Shown here piece by piece: positions 41,618 through 54,173 of a DNA stretch of 64,000 nt (within the stretch, counting starts at the first letter, position 1; each line of letters opens with the position of its first letter). A program made the position numbers and the translations under genes. Origin of the DNA: Octopus bimaculoides (taxonomy: Eukaryota). The stretch lies in NCBI RefSeq assembly GCF_001194135.2, contig NC_068985.1, positions 75,760,079 to 75,824,078 on the forward strand, in the 5' to 3' direction. Below the pieces are notes generated by a model. That model was not told where the DNA came from. It searched no databases and worked only from the letters and a program-made list of their open reading frames with translations.

Positions 41618-42090
41618 ACATTATTTACATTTGAGGGATATTTGTCCTCATCTTGTTTGTTGTTAACACGTTTCAGCTGATATACCCTCCAGCCTTCTTC
41701 AGTTGTCTTGGGGAAATTTCGAAACTGGGTTCTCATACCTAAGGTATTTTTCGATGTTATTATTATTATTATTCAGGTTACTGTCTGGAATTGAACTCGG
41801 AATATTTGGGTTAGTAGCTTGCACTCTTAATATGTACTTAAGAGCGCGGGCTACTAACCCCAAGATTCCGAGTTCGATTCCAAGCAGTGACCTGAATAAT
41901 AATAATAACAACAACATCGAAAAATACCTTAGGAATGAGAACTCAGGTTCGAAATTTCCCCAAACACCTGATGAAGGTTGGAGGGTATACTAGCTGAAAC
42001 GTTGTATTAAGAACAAACAAGATGAGGACAAATATCCGTCAAATGTAAATAATGTACATAATTCCTCATCTCTTAAATATAGAACTGTAC
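41618..42090. mobile_element. Head-to-head palindromic tRNA-head/hammerhead retroposon with 10-bp TSD
   Basis: Arms 41617-41830 and 41838-42056 are reverse complements (roughly 85% by eye) around a 7-nt spacer. Flanked by direct repeat ATCATTTTAT (41608-41617, 42091-42100); splits a host SINE. Confidence 0.88.
41963..42008 (+). ncRNA. Minimal type I hammerhead ribozyme motif with intact core
   Basis: AACAC-CTGATGA-A-GGTTGG[AGGGTATA]CTAGCT-GAAA-CG-T-T-GTATT. Stem II is fully paired (with G.U), stem III is the ACGU palindrome, stem I is 4/5 paired. Confidence 0.75.
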
Positions 42091-44287
42091 ATCATTTTAT
42101 GTTGCTCCAGTCCACTCAGCTGGCAAAAAGGAGTAATCATGCAATGGACCAGTGTCCTGTCCAATTGAGGATATATACACCAAGAAACTGAGAAACCAGC
42201 CTTTATGAGTTGGTATGACTTGAGAAGGTAACTTTACCTTTTACTGCTCTGATTCCTCTTCCTATTCTTTCTTATGCTCATCTTCTTTTACCTGGACATG
42301 TCAGCATCACCATCTTTTTCTCTTTTTCAAGCTGGAGTAGTCATGTATCTCTTCTTCAACAATAGACCTGTCTTAATTATGCTTAAATCTCTCATCTCTT
42401 GCAATAAAGCCACTTCCCCTCAATCCTGCACTCCAGCTCAGTTGAGAGGTCTTATTTTGCAAGTTACTTGGTGACCTTATAAGTGCTTGTGCTATGTGAA
42501 AAGGACCCATCATATTCTGTAAAGTGTTTAGTATTAGGAAGGCATCCAGCCATAGAAACCATGCCAAAGCAATCATTGGAGCTTGACATAGTCCTCTTGC
42601 TTGTCAGTTTCTCTAGAACCAGCCAATCCATGCCAGCATGGAAAGCAGACATTAATGATGATGATTGTAAGAGAGAGTCATTAGTCATGACATTTTTAGC
42701 TTTATGAGCATGTGAAATAAGTAAAATAACTGTTCAGCTTGAAGTGCAATAAACTGATGCTTGTTGATAACATGTGAACAGGGAGATTGAAAGAAAGAGA
42801 GAATGCTAGAAGAAGGAAGTTCTGGGGAAATGTATAATGTTTAACAACAGAATTTGACAGGTGTGAAACTGTACGAATAATGAGGAGAGAAGTGGTGGGT
42901 TCATTAGATGGTCTTATGCACAGGTAGTTCTTATTAGTTCAGAAGAGAAGAAGTAATAGTATTAGTAGTAGCAGCAGCAGCAGTAGTTGTTGTAGTGACG
43001 TAGTTTCATTGTTGTTTAGACATAAATCAGTCTGTATTAAGCAGGTCCATGATAAAAAAAATATCACTGCAGCAACAATTGTCCCACCTTATTATTGGAT
43101 GTCTTAAAATAATAGGATAGTATTTGAAAGACAGTTAACTGCTAACTACCACTCTATCTAGTAAGTTGAGCTACATTGTGAGGGCTAGCTCATTGACCAT
43201 TGGTAGTAAAGTATTAATGTAAAGTAAGAGGGTCTTACTGCAAACTCTGCTCACCAAGATTATTTTTTGATAGACCTCTCATCCATTTACATTACAGACT
43301 TATGAAGGAGCTTCTACATGGTCACGTAACTAGCTAGAAACAGCAGCCAAATGTTTCTCATCACACATTTGACGATGTTGTCTTAGATACACTATGCCTG
43401 AAGAAAAAACAGGATGGTCATAGTTTGAATACCTTTGATTATAGGAGTGCTTAATCAATGCTGACTTATCTAGGGCTTAACTGCTACTACTACCACTGCT
43501 ACTACTGCTACTGCTGCTGCTGCTGCATCTTAATTGCACTTGTTTATTAATACCTTTAATACCTAGCAAATTATCCCATACAAATTAATGTTATGTTTCC
43601 TACAATACTTATTTGACTCATTCCCTTTAGTGGCTGCAAACGTCTTTGATATCAGTGTCCAAATTTATATGTAACAGCAGCAGAATATGCTTTTTAAAGT
43701 TTTCCTTTTGCATGTTGAGATCGTAAAACCAAAGTGTCACATAAAATAGGATCCTAAAATCACGTTGCCATGTATAAAGCATTGGTGTGGATATTGGTGT
43801 CACATAAAAAGCACTGGTGCTAGGATTGTGTAAAAACCACCTAGTACACTCTGTGAAGTGGTTGGTTTTGGGAAGGGCACCCAACCATAGAAACTAAGCC
43901 AAAACAGATTATGGAACCTGGTATAGCTCCTGGCCTTGACAGTTCCTGTCAAGCCACCCAACCCTTGCCAGCATGGAAAATACATTTTAAATGATGTTGA
44001 TAATGATATTGAGAGAAACCCTTTGTTGTTAACTGGACATCTTAAACTCATTCCAAACATGTTACCTGAGCAGTTTATGAACTTTATTTTATGGCTGCTC
44101 TTTTATTTCATTCAGTATGAAAAAGTATATTTAATGTTTTAAATATATTTAGTTTTGCTATAGAATAGCTCCATTATTGTTCTACATGAACACTACTTTA
44201 TATTTTGAGCCTATAAACTATTTAAATATTAACGATACGAGAAGAAACACAGTTTTCCAAACCGCTTTCCCCAGTTAATGTAATGTA

Positions 44288-44407
44288 GTGTGTGTGTGTG
44301 TCTGTGAGCGTGCGCGTGCATGCGTGTGTGTGTGTGTGTGCGTGCGCGTGCATGTGTGTGTGTGTGTGCGCGCGCATGCGTGTGTGTGCGTGCATGCGTG
44401 TGTGTGT
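44288..44407. repeat. Alternating purine-pyrimidine tract rich in CG steps
   Basis: (TG)n interleaved with GCGTGCGCGTGCATGCG units. Confidence 0.9.
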
Positions 44408-46334
44408 GAGAGAGACAGAGAGAATTCACATCTCTCCAAGATTTGTTGATCTGGTTGCAGACATTGCAGTAATGGTCTCTGTCATTTGTGAATAGATTGG
44501 ACCCATCTCTATGCTAGGTTGTTTTTTCCTTCAAGATGTTGACCCTAGCAAAACTTTGAACTAAAAAAAACTAAACAGCTGTGTCCTGCTAATCTTTCTT
44601 TTATAGAAGCAGTGAGAGAATCCCGTAATGTATATGTCTATATCTATATATATATGTAGTTATGTATACATAATACATGCCTGATTGATCAAGAAGTTTA
44701 CTTCTCAGCCACATGGGTTCAGGTTCAGTCCCATTGCATGGCATCTTAGGCAAGTATCTTCTATCATAGTCCCAGACTGTCAAAAGCCTTGTGAATGAGT
44801 TTGGTAAATGGAGTCTGATAGAAGTCCATCATATGTATATGTAGTGTGTTTGTGTGAAGCTTGTATTTCCTTCATCCTCTCTGATTGTAAACAATGGTTT
44901 CATTAACAATGTTGTTTCCAATTCTCCATGTAAACATGTCTGGGTTCTTAGTAGTTCAATAGACTAGGAGATTACTACCCTATATGGAAACAAGTGGGTA
45001 TTGGTGACAGGAAGGGCATCAGGCCATAAAGAGAACCTGCTGCAACATAATTTTGTCTGTCTTTGTAAGCATAGAAAAGTAGGCAAAATGATGATGATTA
45101 TGGCGACCATGTGCAGTCATGGCTATAGACACAGGTATGGCCATAGATGTTGGTTTGTTTATGTTCCTGTAACTTAATGGTTTGGCAAAAGAGACTGATA
45201 GAATTAGTACTAGTGTCAATTTGATTAATTGAACCCTTCAAGACAGTGCCCTAGGATGGTCACAGTCAAATGATTGAAACAAGTAAACGATAAAAGATTT
45301 ATAGAACTTTATTATTGTCCATTGTGATTTTACCTAATTTAAGATAATGGGGTTTGGCTGTTATTTCTAGTAAGTTGAGTGACTGCATTGAGGGTTTCCA
45401 TTGTTAACTCAAATTAAACTTGGTTGTAGTTGTTTTGCCACTATTCAGCTCTGATCACATACATCTATGATGAACGGCATTCTAGTTGTGGCAATCCCAT
45501 CATTTTGTATATCAGGAAGTATTTTGTCCAATATATCCTTTGTTTAAGGTATTAGGCTGTGATTTGAGGGAGATTTGGCTGCTATTTTCAGTAGGTTAAG
45601 CTACTATGTGAAAGGTGTCTTGTTGAACATCTTTGGACATACAGACATACATTGCTGATCACCTCTCCTCCATTTCCTTTATCTCTCTCTCTCTCTCTCT
45701 CTCAATTTCTTTTCATTCCATGAAAGAGATGGTTGGTCTAAGAGGCAGTGTAAGGTATATTACATTACTTCAATGAGGTGGTTAGTGTAAAAGGGAGTAT
45801 GAAGTATGAGTCAAAGGAGAGCATGATATGCTGAGAAAGAAAGGTTGGCAGTCTTTTGGGTTCATATATAAATATACTTACATAAGCTTCATTATAATAA
45901 ACATTTTCACAAGCTAGGCTGTTTGATTATCATGATGTATAAAATTGAAATTATTTATTCTTATTCTTTTTACTGGTTTCAGACATTGGACTATGGTCAT
46001 GCTGGGGCATCACGTTCAAAAGTTGTAGCCAATCAAATCAACTCCAGTATTTATTTCAGTCAGGTAATTAGTTCAATAATTTATATTTATTGAATCAGAA
46101 AAGTACACTTTTCTTTTTTTACACCACTCCAGTTTTAAATTAACACTAACAAAGACAAACCCACACATGTTAAACAATGGCTTTCACTCACAATCAGAGT
46201 CAGAGTTGACTTAGTAGCATCTATCAAGATTTTGTCAATGGCTTTAGGTAGCTCTGTAGTCATGAGCAGACACAAACAGACTCAACTCTCCTAGGATTGA
46301 CCTAGCAGAACAAGCAAGATGTAGCAGTTAGATG

Positions 46335-46627
46335 CAATGGTTCTCAGTCGTGGTCCATATGGCCCCTGAAGGTCCATATAAGATTTTGGGGTCCACACAA
46401 AAAAATAGCAAATAGATGTATGTATTGGTATGTATTGCAAGAAACAACTAGGTTTCTTTCTCTATCATTTTACATAGTTCAAATTACACAAGTGAATGTG
46501 TGTAAAACAAAATAAGAATTTTTAAAAAAGCATCTATAAAACTAGTTTTTGAACATCAAATGGGGGTCCACCAGAATAATATAGTAATCAATGGGAACCA
46601 TAGATAAAATATGATTGAGAACTCTTG
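46335..46627. mobile_element. hAT-type MITE
   Basis: Termini CAATGGTTCTCAGTC and GATTGAGAACTCTTG (12/15 inverted match) resemble CAGTGGTTCTCAA hAT ends. No TSD retained. A related end occurs at ~4300-4354 in opposite orientation. Confidence 0.55.
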
Positions 46628-48688
46628 AGAAAAAAATGTACCAGCATAATGATGGTGCATTAGTTAGTATTCCCCTAAAGGATGAAAGGCAAAGGCAACT
46701 TCACCAAGATTTGAACTCCGTGTGCAGAGATCCAGAATAATATATGCAACTCATTCTATCTGATGCTCTGGCAATTTTGCCAATCAACTACCTCATANNN
46801 NNNNNNNNNNNNNNNNNNNNNNNNNNNNNNNNNNNNNNNNNNNNNNNNNNNNNNNNNNNNNNNNNNNNNNNNNNNNNNNNNNNNNNNNNNNNNNNNNNNN
46901 NNNNNNNNNNNNNNNNNNNNNNNNNNNNNNNNNNNNNNNNNNNNNNNNNNNNNNNNNNNNNNNNNNNNNNNNNNNNNNNNNNNNNNNNNNNNNNNNNNNN
47001 NNNNNNNNNNNNNNNNNNNNNNNNNNNNNNNNNNNNNNNNNNNNNNNNNNNNNNNNNNNNNNNNNNNNNNNNNNNNNNNNNNNNNNNNNNNNNNNNNNNN
47101 NNNNNNNNNNNNNNNNNNNNNNNNNNNNNNNNNNNNNNNNNNNNNNNNNNNNNNNNNNNNNNNNNNNNNNNNNNNNNNNNNNNNNNNNNNNNNNNNNNNN
47201 NNNNNNNNNNNNNNNNNNNNNNNNNNNNNNNNNNNNNNNNNNNNNNNNNNNNNNNNNNNNNNNNNNNNNNNNNNNNNNNNNNNNNNNNNNNNNNNNNNNN
47301 NNNNNNNNNNNNNNNNNNNNNNNNNNNNNNNNNNNNNNNNNNNNNNNNNNNNNNNNNNNNNNNNNNNNNNNNNNNNNNNNNNNNNNNNNNNNNNNNNNNN
47401 NNNNNNNNNNNNNNNNNNNNNNNNNNNNNNNNNNNNNNNNNNNNNNNNNNNNNNNNNNNNNNNNNNNNNNNNNNNNNNNNNNNNNNNNNNNNNNNNNNNN
47501 NNNNNNNNNNNNNNNNNNNNNNNNNNNNNNNNNNNNNNNNNNNNNNNNNNNNNNNNNNNNNNNNAAATTCAAAAACACCGCTTTATTTCATAGAACCTGA
47601 AGTGCTCTTGTATAGTTTGATATCAAAATATTTTTAAAATATAAAATTCTAAAGGTCATAAAGGTAAAATCCAAGATATTGCTTAAGAAAGGCACTGAAT
47701 ACCATTGTAGGAAGTAATCTTTGTGTATTGGTCTTTTGATTGATAAAAGCATCATTCCATGTATTCAGTGCAAGCAATGAGCACTCAAATTGAGCAATGA
47801 AATCAGTGGCAAATTGACAGAAAATGATATCTATTTCTTTATTGCCCACAAGGGGCTAAACATAGAGGGGACAAACAAGGACAGACAAAGAGATTAAATT
47901 GATTACAATGACCCCAGTGCATAACAGGTATTTATTTAATTGACTGTGAAAGGATGAAAGGCAATGTCAACCTTGGCACAATTTGAAGTCAGAACATAGT
48001 GGCAGACGAAATACCACTAAGCATTTCACCCAGCATGCTAACGGTTCTGGCAGCTTGCCACCTAACAGAGAATGATATCGATGTTGAAATGTGTCAGTTC
48101 TTTTGAGAAAAGTGCTGTGTGTCATTCTGGTCTTTGGTGTTGTTAGATCAAGAAATTTTCTTACATTCCATGTTCTAAGGTCAGTTTATTAGATTAAAAT
48201 TCAGTTTTTTTTTTTGTTTTTTTTTTTTACTGTATAACAGGTGTCCCACTGGTTCACTTACCCAGCCATGTATCTAAGAGTAACTTTTGATTTTTAACCC
48301 AATTTTTCTATGACCTTCCTAATTCAGGGTGCACAGTATTAATTCTTCAGTAGGATTGCCCAGACACTGATGTAGGGCCAGGATTCCTACACAGCCCCTG
48401 GGGTTTGCAAATGTAACAATTACACATCTTCTAAAGTACAGGTCTAGACTAGAAACTTTAAGCAACTACAAACCTGTTTCTACTGTCTTTATCACATTGC
48501 TTTTGGATATTTTTAAGTAGGCTGTGAGAATTATCAGCAAGAAGAAATGCTGATGGCATAGATTTGTCTATAGATCTCAATTTATCATTATCAAGATGAT
48601 ATTTAAGGTGGCATGCTGACAAAATCAGCCTGCCAGGCAAAATACTTGGTGGCATTTCCTCTCTCTGTATGTTCTAGATCAAATTCTT

Positions 48689-48918
48689 ATTTCTTTATTG
48701 CCCACAAGGGGTTAAACATAGAGGGGACAAACAAGGACAGACAAAGGGATCAAATCGATTACATCGACCCCAGTGTGTAACTGGTACTTAATTTATCGAC
48801 CCCGAAAGGATGAAAGGCAAAGTCGACCTCGGCGGAATTTGAACTCAGAACGTAAAGACAGACGAACTACCGCTAAGTATTTCACCCGGTGTGCTAACGA
48901 TTCTGCCAGCTTGCCGCT
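48689..48918 (-). mobile_element. tRNA-derived SINE with GCCTTTCATCCTTTCGGGGTCGATAAA (Nin/Deu-like) domain
   Basis: Same-orientation older copy at 47833-48063; further copies at about 5.1, 15.4, 38.7, 40.7, 49.0, 56.8 and 57.5 kb. Confidence 0.8.
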
Positions 48919-50655
48919 TTATAGCAAGACCCCTTAATGCAGGCCCTGGGTAGGATTGAACCCAGCCCAGGATGTTCAATGTGGCTGTCTGATTATGCCT
49001 CTACCCACGAGACCACCAAGACACCCAACAATCTAGATCAAATTCTGCTGAGGTCGACTTTACCTTCCATCCTTTTGGGGCTGATACGTTAAGTATCAGT
49101 TGAGTACTGGGGTCAATGTAATCGACTTACCCCTCCCCCTAAATTACTGGCTTTGTGCCAAAATTTGAAACCATTATTAAGATGAAATTTGAAAAATAAG
49201 TGAACAAATGTTTTTGACATACAGTTATAATAGATTTTTATTCATAATAACATTTCAAAAATAGTAGTGTTTCTTGATAGAAGCAGAGATTGTCTTATGT
49301 ACATTGATCTCAAAAGGGTTTGAAGTTGTTTTTTTTCTTCTTAAATATTAACGAAATATTTATTTTTAATTATAACATTTATATACAAAAACAAGAAAAA
49401 TGGAGAGATAACAAAGAAAAGAGAAGTGGGGGTAAAGCAGCAGAAGATGGAGGTGGAGGGAGCAATTTGTGTTCAACTGCACCCCACAGTAACAGCTGTG
49501 GTGGCTTTGCCACAGAGAATGGCCAGCGACACTCACTGCAGCAGCCATTATCGTTTGAGGAGCAGTTTTCATGTATGAATCATAAGGGAGTAGATAGAAG
49601 TTTCATTCTGTGTACTCAGTGCAAGCAGTGAGTGATCTCGTTAACCATGAGATCTGTGGCATATTGACAGAATCTACTCAGATGTAATAAATTTACAGAA
49701 TTAGTTAGTAGGAGGAACATTTATAAAATATAAAATAACATATGTTACATAAAAAGTTCACTTGAGCATAGTTGATAGATTTCTGTTACTGAGGTAACCT
49801 AATTAGTTCTGCAGGTGTTTGTTATAAAATACATTAGTTGGAATAAGGAAGAGACAGAAGAACTGGTTTCTGTTGGCAACAAAGTGTTTCTGTATGTGTG
49901 TGTGCACACACATATGCAAGAGAGAGGCTATGTGATGCTGCATGATAGTTAGACTGGTTATTTGGTGTGAAAGATAACCTAATGAAACTGATAAAATAGA
50001 AGTGAAAATGACAGCATATATGTGTTTCTAGTAATTACCTCTTTTTACAATTGTGTGTGTGTTCGTTCACTCATTAATTTTACAGCCATTTTTTTTTTTA
50101 TGCTGGCATAAATTAGTATTTATTTGAGGCAGCATTTTATTGCTGAATGCTCTTCTTGTTGCCCCTTACTTGCTTTACAAGCAAGGGATATTTTATTTCA
50201 CTACTTCAAGAGGGTAGGGCTATGGGACATAATGTTTACCAAGAAAGTAAACATGACACCACTGCTTGACAACAGGTGTTGGTGTGTTTACATCCTCATA
50301 GCTTCGCAGTTCATCAAAAGAAATCGATAATATAAGTACCAGGCTTTATAAAAAATAAGTACTGGAGTCAATTCATTCAACTAAAATTCTTCAAGGCAGT
50401 ACCCTAGCATGGCTGCACTCCAATGACTGAAGGAAGTAAAAGGTGAAAGATATGCATCTGTGTTTTCCCCTTCCCACAACCATCACTTGACAACTGATGT
50501 TGGTATATTTACATCCCCATAACTTAGCAGTTCAGCAAAAGCAACAGATGGAATAAGTACTAGGCTTACAAAGAATAAGTCTTGAGCTTGATTTCTTCAA
50601 CTAAAATCCCTTTAAGGCGGTGCTCCAGCACTGAAACAAGTAAATGAATAAAAGA

Positions 50656-50721
<66 letters not shown>

Positions 50722-52313
50722 NNNNNNNNNNNNNNNNNNNNNNNNNNNNNNNNNNNNNNNNNNNNNNNNNNNNNNNNNNNNNNNNNNNNNNNNNNNNNNN
50801 NNNNNNNNNNNNNNNNNNNNNNNNNNNNNNNNNNNNNNNNNNNNNNNNNNNNNNNNNNNNNNNNNNNNNNNNNNNNNNNNNNNNNNNNNNNNNNNNNNNN
50901 NNNNNNNNNNNNNNNNNNNNNNNNNNNNNNNNNNNNNNNNNNNNNNNNNNNNNNNNNNNNNNNNNNNNNNNNNNNNNNNNNNNNNNNNNNNNNNNNNNNN
51001 NNNNNNNNNNNNNNNNNNNNNNNNNNNNNNNNNNNNNNNNNNNNNNNNNNNNNNNNNNNNNNNNNNNNNNNNNNNNNNNNNNNNNNNNNNNATATATCAT
51101 CATTGTCATCATCATTTAACGTCTGCTTTCCATGCTTACATGCACTGGACGATTTGACTGAGGACTGGCAAACCAGATGGCTGCACCAGGCTCTAATCTG
51201 ATTTGGCAGAGTTTCTACAGCTGGATGCCCTGCCTAATGCTAATCCCTCCGAGAGTGTAGTGGGTGCTTTTATGTGCCACCAGCATGAAGGCCAGTCAGG
51301 AGGTACTGGCAACGGCCACACTCAAATGATGTTTTTTACGTGCCACCTGCACAGGAGCCAGTCCAGTGGCACTGGCAACGACCTCGCTCAAATGTTTTTT
51401 CACGTGCCACCGGCACAAGTGCCAGTAAGGCGGCGCTAGTAACGATCACGCTCAAATCTTGCTTTTTACGTGCCACGGAAGCTAGACAGCTGCTCTGGCA
51501 ATGATCACACTAGGATGGTGCTGTTAGTGCTCCACTGTCACAGGTGCCAGTCATCAAATTTGGTTCGATTTCGATTTCACTTGCCCCAATATATCATTGT
51601 CATCATTGTCATCATCATTGCCATCATTTAATGATGATGATTATATGTATACAGGCTAACTTGGGTTGGATGAGGGCACATCTAAGGCAGGATTTTACAG
51701 CCAGATCCTCTTCCTGTCACCAGCATTTACCAGCTTTTGAGCAAGGAATATTTTGTTCCACTGGTCTTCAAAGGCACAGACCAATTGTCATAATTTTAGC
51801 AAGGGCTGTGAACATTATCACTTTTTAACTCTTGTGAATCTGTGGTAATTCAGCTATCATGAACATTTTCACACACACACACACACACATACACATGTAT
51901 ATCTTTTAATAAAATGCAATTTTCACCTCTCTTACTGTGAGGAGTAAACAAAATGAACAGAATAAATTTTTTATCAGTCCACAGATATAAAAATGGGAAT
52001 CAATCTAATTTCATGTCATTAGTCTAATTTGTATAATGAAGTATTCACTGAGAGTTGAATATTCTATGTTTATTAAAGAAAAATATATTATATTTTGAAA
52101 TACCCAATAATACTGTGTAGTGCATTATAAATATGCACATGTGTGTGTGTGTGTATTGTAAAATTCACGTTGACTTGCCTGATGGCTTATTCAACTAGAA
52201 CTAAGAACCAAGATGTCTGGTGCATTGCTGTACTCAAGAAAGCAAAATTGATACTGGTGTTGATGCCACATAAAAAGCACTTGTGCTGGAACTACATTAA
52301 AAGTGTTGGTACT

Positions 52314-52700
52314 TGTTGTTTGTTGGCACTCCGTCGCTTACGATGTCGAGGGTTCCAGTTGATTCAATCAACGGAACAACCTGCTCATGAAATTAACGTG
52401 CAAGTGGCTGAGCACTCCATGGACACGTGTACCCTTAACGTAGTTCTCGGAGAGATTCGGCGTGACACAGTGTGGCAAGGCTGACCCTTTGATTTACAGG
52501 TACAACAGAAACAGGAAGTAAGAGTGGGATAAAGTTGTGGTGGAAGAGTACAGTAGGGTTCGCCACCATCCCCTGATGGAGCCTTGTGGAGCTTTAGGTG
52601 TTTTCACTCAATGAACACTCACAACGCCTGGTCTGGGAATCGAAACCGCGATCCTATGACCGCGAGTCCGCTACCCTAACTACTGGGCCATTGTGCCTCC
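52314..52700 (-). mobile_element. Young tRNA-derived SINE
   Basis: Reverse complement of 58233-58620; A box TGGCCCAGT(A/G)G, B box GGTTTCGATTCC; many CpGs retained. Confidence 0.85.
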
Positions 52701-53052
52701 ATGCTGGTACAAGAGCCACATAAAAGGCACCCAGTACACTCTGTAAAGTGGTTGGCATTAGGAAGAGCATCCAGCCATAAAAGCCATGCCAGAACAGACA
52801 ATGGAGCTTGGTGCAGTCCCTGGCCTTACCAGATCTGGTCAAACCATCCAGCCCATGCCAACAGCAAAAATGGATGTTAAATGATGATGAGCTAGTTGAA
52901 TAAGACATTAATGTGCCCGTCAACAAGAATTTTACAATAAATTTGACTCTGCTTTCAGTATTGGACATCCACATCAGCAAATGTTCAATTTTTATTCTTA
53001 AATTTGCTTTAAAGTAGTAACCTCAGCTTAGCACATATGCACGCTACGCACA

Positions 53053-53099
<47 letters not shown>

Positions 53100-54138
53100 G
53101 AAAGCTCTCTCTCTTGCACATACACATTTACTGTTTGTATCCAGGATTTTGCATCAATACATCGTATCCCCTGCATGTTGTAATACGTGACTAAAAGGTC
53201 TGGCAGCAAGGAAAGCATTAACTGTAGAATGCTACCTCATGAAAGATTGTCTGATCCATGCCACATTGGAAAAGTTCCTGACATGCTGCTGCTGCTGATG
53301 AAGATGATGATCATCATCATTTTAACATCCACTTTTCCATGCTTGCATGGGTTGGATGAGAAGGTGGGCAGACAGATGGATGAGATGGAACAGTATAGTT
53401 TGAGTTGGATCCCAGTTTGACAACTAGAGTTTTGATTCAAAGGGCCTGTCTAGTTAGCAAATTTGTCCTGTTTGATGCTAAAATGTCTTGGAATCTTAGA
53501 ATGTCCTGGTTATAGATTTATGGCTGCAATTTTAAGAAGGGAAAGCTAAAAATTTTGAAATCAGCAAGGACACCCAACCCTGTTGTGCACAAGTCACATA
53601 TAAGCATATAAATATACCCATGTCAAAGATCAACTTAAGCCTGACTCTGTGTGTCTTTACCAGATGCTCAGCAGATGTGTGATATATTTACAGCATAATA
53701 ACACTCTCAAGTTATAGGTTATTGTTATTGTGGCTTAAAGAGATTTTGCCTTTCCCAGGATTCCAAGATTAAAAATGACTTGGAATTTAGGATATGTTAT
53801 ACTGTTTGTAAAAGTTTATGGTTTTTCTATCTTATTTCTTATAGTCAATGAATATGTACCAAAGCATGCTTTATCTCTCTGCTTGAAGATCAGAGTGCTA
53901 TTATAGGAGAGAAAATGGTGCACATCACAATATAATAAATTACATTACAATTTAATTTCTTAATATTATCCAAGTTTTTCATACTGGTGTGGCTGTGTGC
54001 AAAGAAGTTTACTTCCCAACCACATGATTCCAGATACAGTTGCATTGCATGGAACCTTGGGTGAGTGTTTTTTACTATGACCTCAGGCCAATCAAAACCT
54101 TGTGAGTGGATTTGGTAGACAGAAACTGAAATAAATCC

Positions 54139-54173
<35 letters not shown>

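Larger units (their letters stand above)
41510..42245 (+). mobile_element. tRNA-derived SINE (host of the palindromic insertion)
   Basis: TGGCTTAGTGGTTAGGGTG A-box-like head and ...TTCTTGAGCAAAAC|...GTTGCTCCAGTCCACTCAGC continuity across the insertion. Related heads occur at 6085, 19115 and 57715. Confidence 0.7.

Noticed and set aside
41838-41881. tRNA gene
   Set aside because: Only anticodon-arm- and T-arm-like parts are present; there is no A box or acceptor stem. It is a SINE head.
41699-41993. Two similar ORFs on opposite strands
   Set aside because: A by-product of the palindromic element; no protein-like features.
42861-42923. 63-nt AG...GT-bounded segment open in one frame
   Set aside because: The acceptor lacks a polypyrimidine tract and there is no partner exon.
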